Shown here piece by piece: positions 63,509-64,000 of a DNA stretch of 64,000 nucleotides (positions within the stretch are counted from its first letter, which is position 1; every line of letters begins with the position of its first letter). The notes under the pieces are model-generated. The model searched no databases. It was not told where the DNA came from and saw only the letters and a list, made by a program, of their open reading frames with translations. The translations under genes and the position numbers were made by a program. Source of the DNA: Actinomycetota bacterium (GTDB taxonomy: Bacteria > Actinomycetota > Actinomycetes > S36-B12). The stretch is taken from contig JAFMFD010000008.1 of the NCBI GenBank assembly GCA_017856385.1, forward strand, positions 506 through 64,505, read 5' to 3'.

Positions 63509-64000
63509 CGGCGGTGGAGTACGGGTCCGGACGCCGCCTGGCGGGCGACGCCACCGCACGCCGTCTCGCCGAGGCCCTGGACGACCCCGTCGACCTCGTC
63601 GACTATCCCCATGCTGCCGAGGTGGTCTCCGAGGTCCTTGTCTACGACGCCCGCGACTGGGCGGGCATCGACGGGGCCGACCGCTGGGGCCTGCGTGCCG
63701 AGCTGGCGCAGGCACTGGCGGGGGGCCCCGGCGTCGTGCTGCTGCGCGGGGCGTTCCCGGACACGTTCGTGGTCGATGCCGTGACGGAGGTGTTCTGGCG
63801 CATCATCGCCGAGGAGCGTGCCGCGGGCACGGATGTGGGCGACCACTTCGGCAAGCCGGGGGCGAACTCGCGGATCTGGAATGCCCAGGAGAAGCTGGCG
63901 CGTCGGGCACCGGGTGCATTCGCCGACTACTTCGCCAATGATCCGATCGCGATCGTGAGCGAGGCGTGGCTGGGCCCGGCGTACCAGATGACGTCCCAGG
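63505..64000 (+). CDS. hypothetical protein, possibly PhyH/2OG-oxygenase-like; 3' end outside window
   Basis: GTGA overlap with the upstream stop. Open frame to the window end with GC3 near 95%. Not in the ORF track because it is unterminated. Confidence 0.55.
   Translation, partial: MTAVEYGSGRRLAGDATARRLAEALDDPVDLVDYPHAAEVVSEVLVYDARDWAGIDGADRWGLRAELAQALAGGPGVVLLRGAFPDTFVVDAVTEVFWRIIAEERAAGTDVGDHFGKPGANSRIWNAQEKLARRAPGAFADYFANDPIAIVSEAWLGPAYQMTSQ

Noticed and set aside
62480-63715. N-terminal 412 codons of the 748-aa minus-strand ORF 61469..63715
   Set aside because: It is antisense to the well-supported isomerase/epimerase gene. The LacI HTH begins right after a GTG with an AGGAGGAG SD at 62479.
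1-64000. Many other long ORFs in the track (e.g. 7370..8980+, 14366..15892-, 19363..20985-, 31540..32940-, 32390..33856+, 35103..36188-, 39631..41535+, 44081..45451-, 51615..53453+)
   Set aside because: Each overlaps, on the opposite strand or in another frame, a gene with clear family motifs. Their translations are low-complexity R/P/G/A strings, the expected artefact of over 70% GC.
1-64000. CRISPR arrays, rRNA genes, transposases, prophage structural genes
   Set aside because: None were seen. The only repeats found are the tRNA-linked direct repeats, the two REP-like palindromes and two short tandem duplications.

Overview
Very GC-rich, densely coding actinobacterial chromosome segment (GC judged by eye at over 70%, not computed), with about 70 supportable genes and one tRNA. 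I saw no rRNA, CRISPR array, transposase or integrase.

nt 1-19,000 reproduce the conserved mycobacterial Rv3193c-Rv3201c-type neighbourhood: an adnB-like helicase-nuclease, nudC, mycoredoxin, uvrD2, an ABC1 kinase, an E1/ThiF-like protein, a DUF2342 metalloprotease, a PDZ/Lon-like protease and a UPF0182 protein. Next come amt, arfB and the initiator tRNA-fMet. The tRNA's 3' end and terminator flank are duplicated around a 1.2-kb integrase-less insertion that carries a higBA toxin-antitoxin pair. folP-gpgS follows.

The middle of the window looks more accessory. One minus-strand cluster reads: secreted helical protein, LuxR response regulator, HisKA_3 kinase, pepsin-like secreted protein, Tat sulfatase, matrixin-like protease.

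The most unusual locus is 35.2-43.7 kb.
- Two translationally coupled genes carry three Cas4/AddB-type Fe-S PD-(D/E)XK nuclease modules and no helicase.
- They are convergent on a minus-strand set: response regulator, unknown protein, SbcD/Mre11-like phosphoesterase and an SbcC/Rad50-like ATPase.
- That ATPase ends in an Lsr2-type DNA-binding domain.

Other notable items:
- a 53-nt palindromic REP-like element present twice in convergent intergenic gaps;
- a ydaO-type c-di-AMP riboswitch candidate upstream of a transglycosylase-like gene;
- an N-terminal frame break in a membrane-protein gene;
- a fusion protein with a cysteinyl-tRNA-synthetase-like C-terminus, coupled to an MMPL transporter;
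- several small genes below the ORF-track length cut-off.

All family calls come from motif reading and remembered family signatures. No database search was run.
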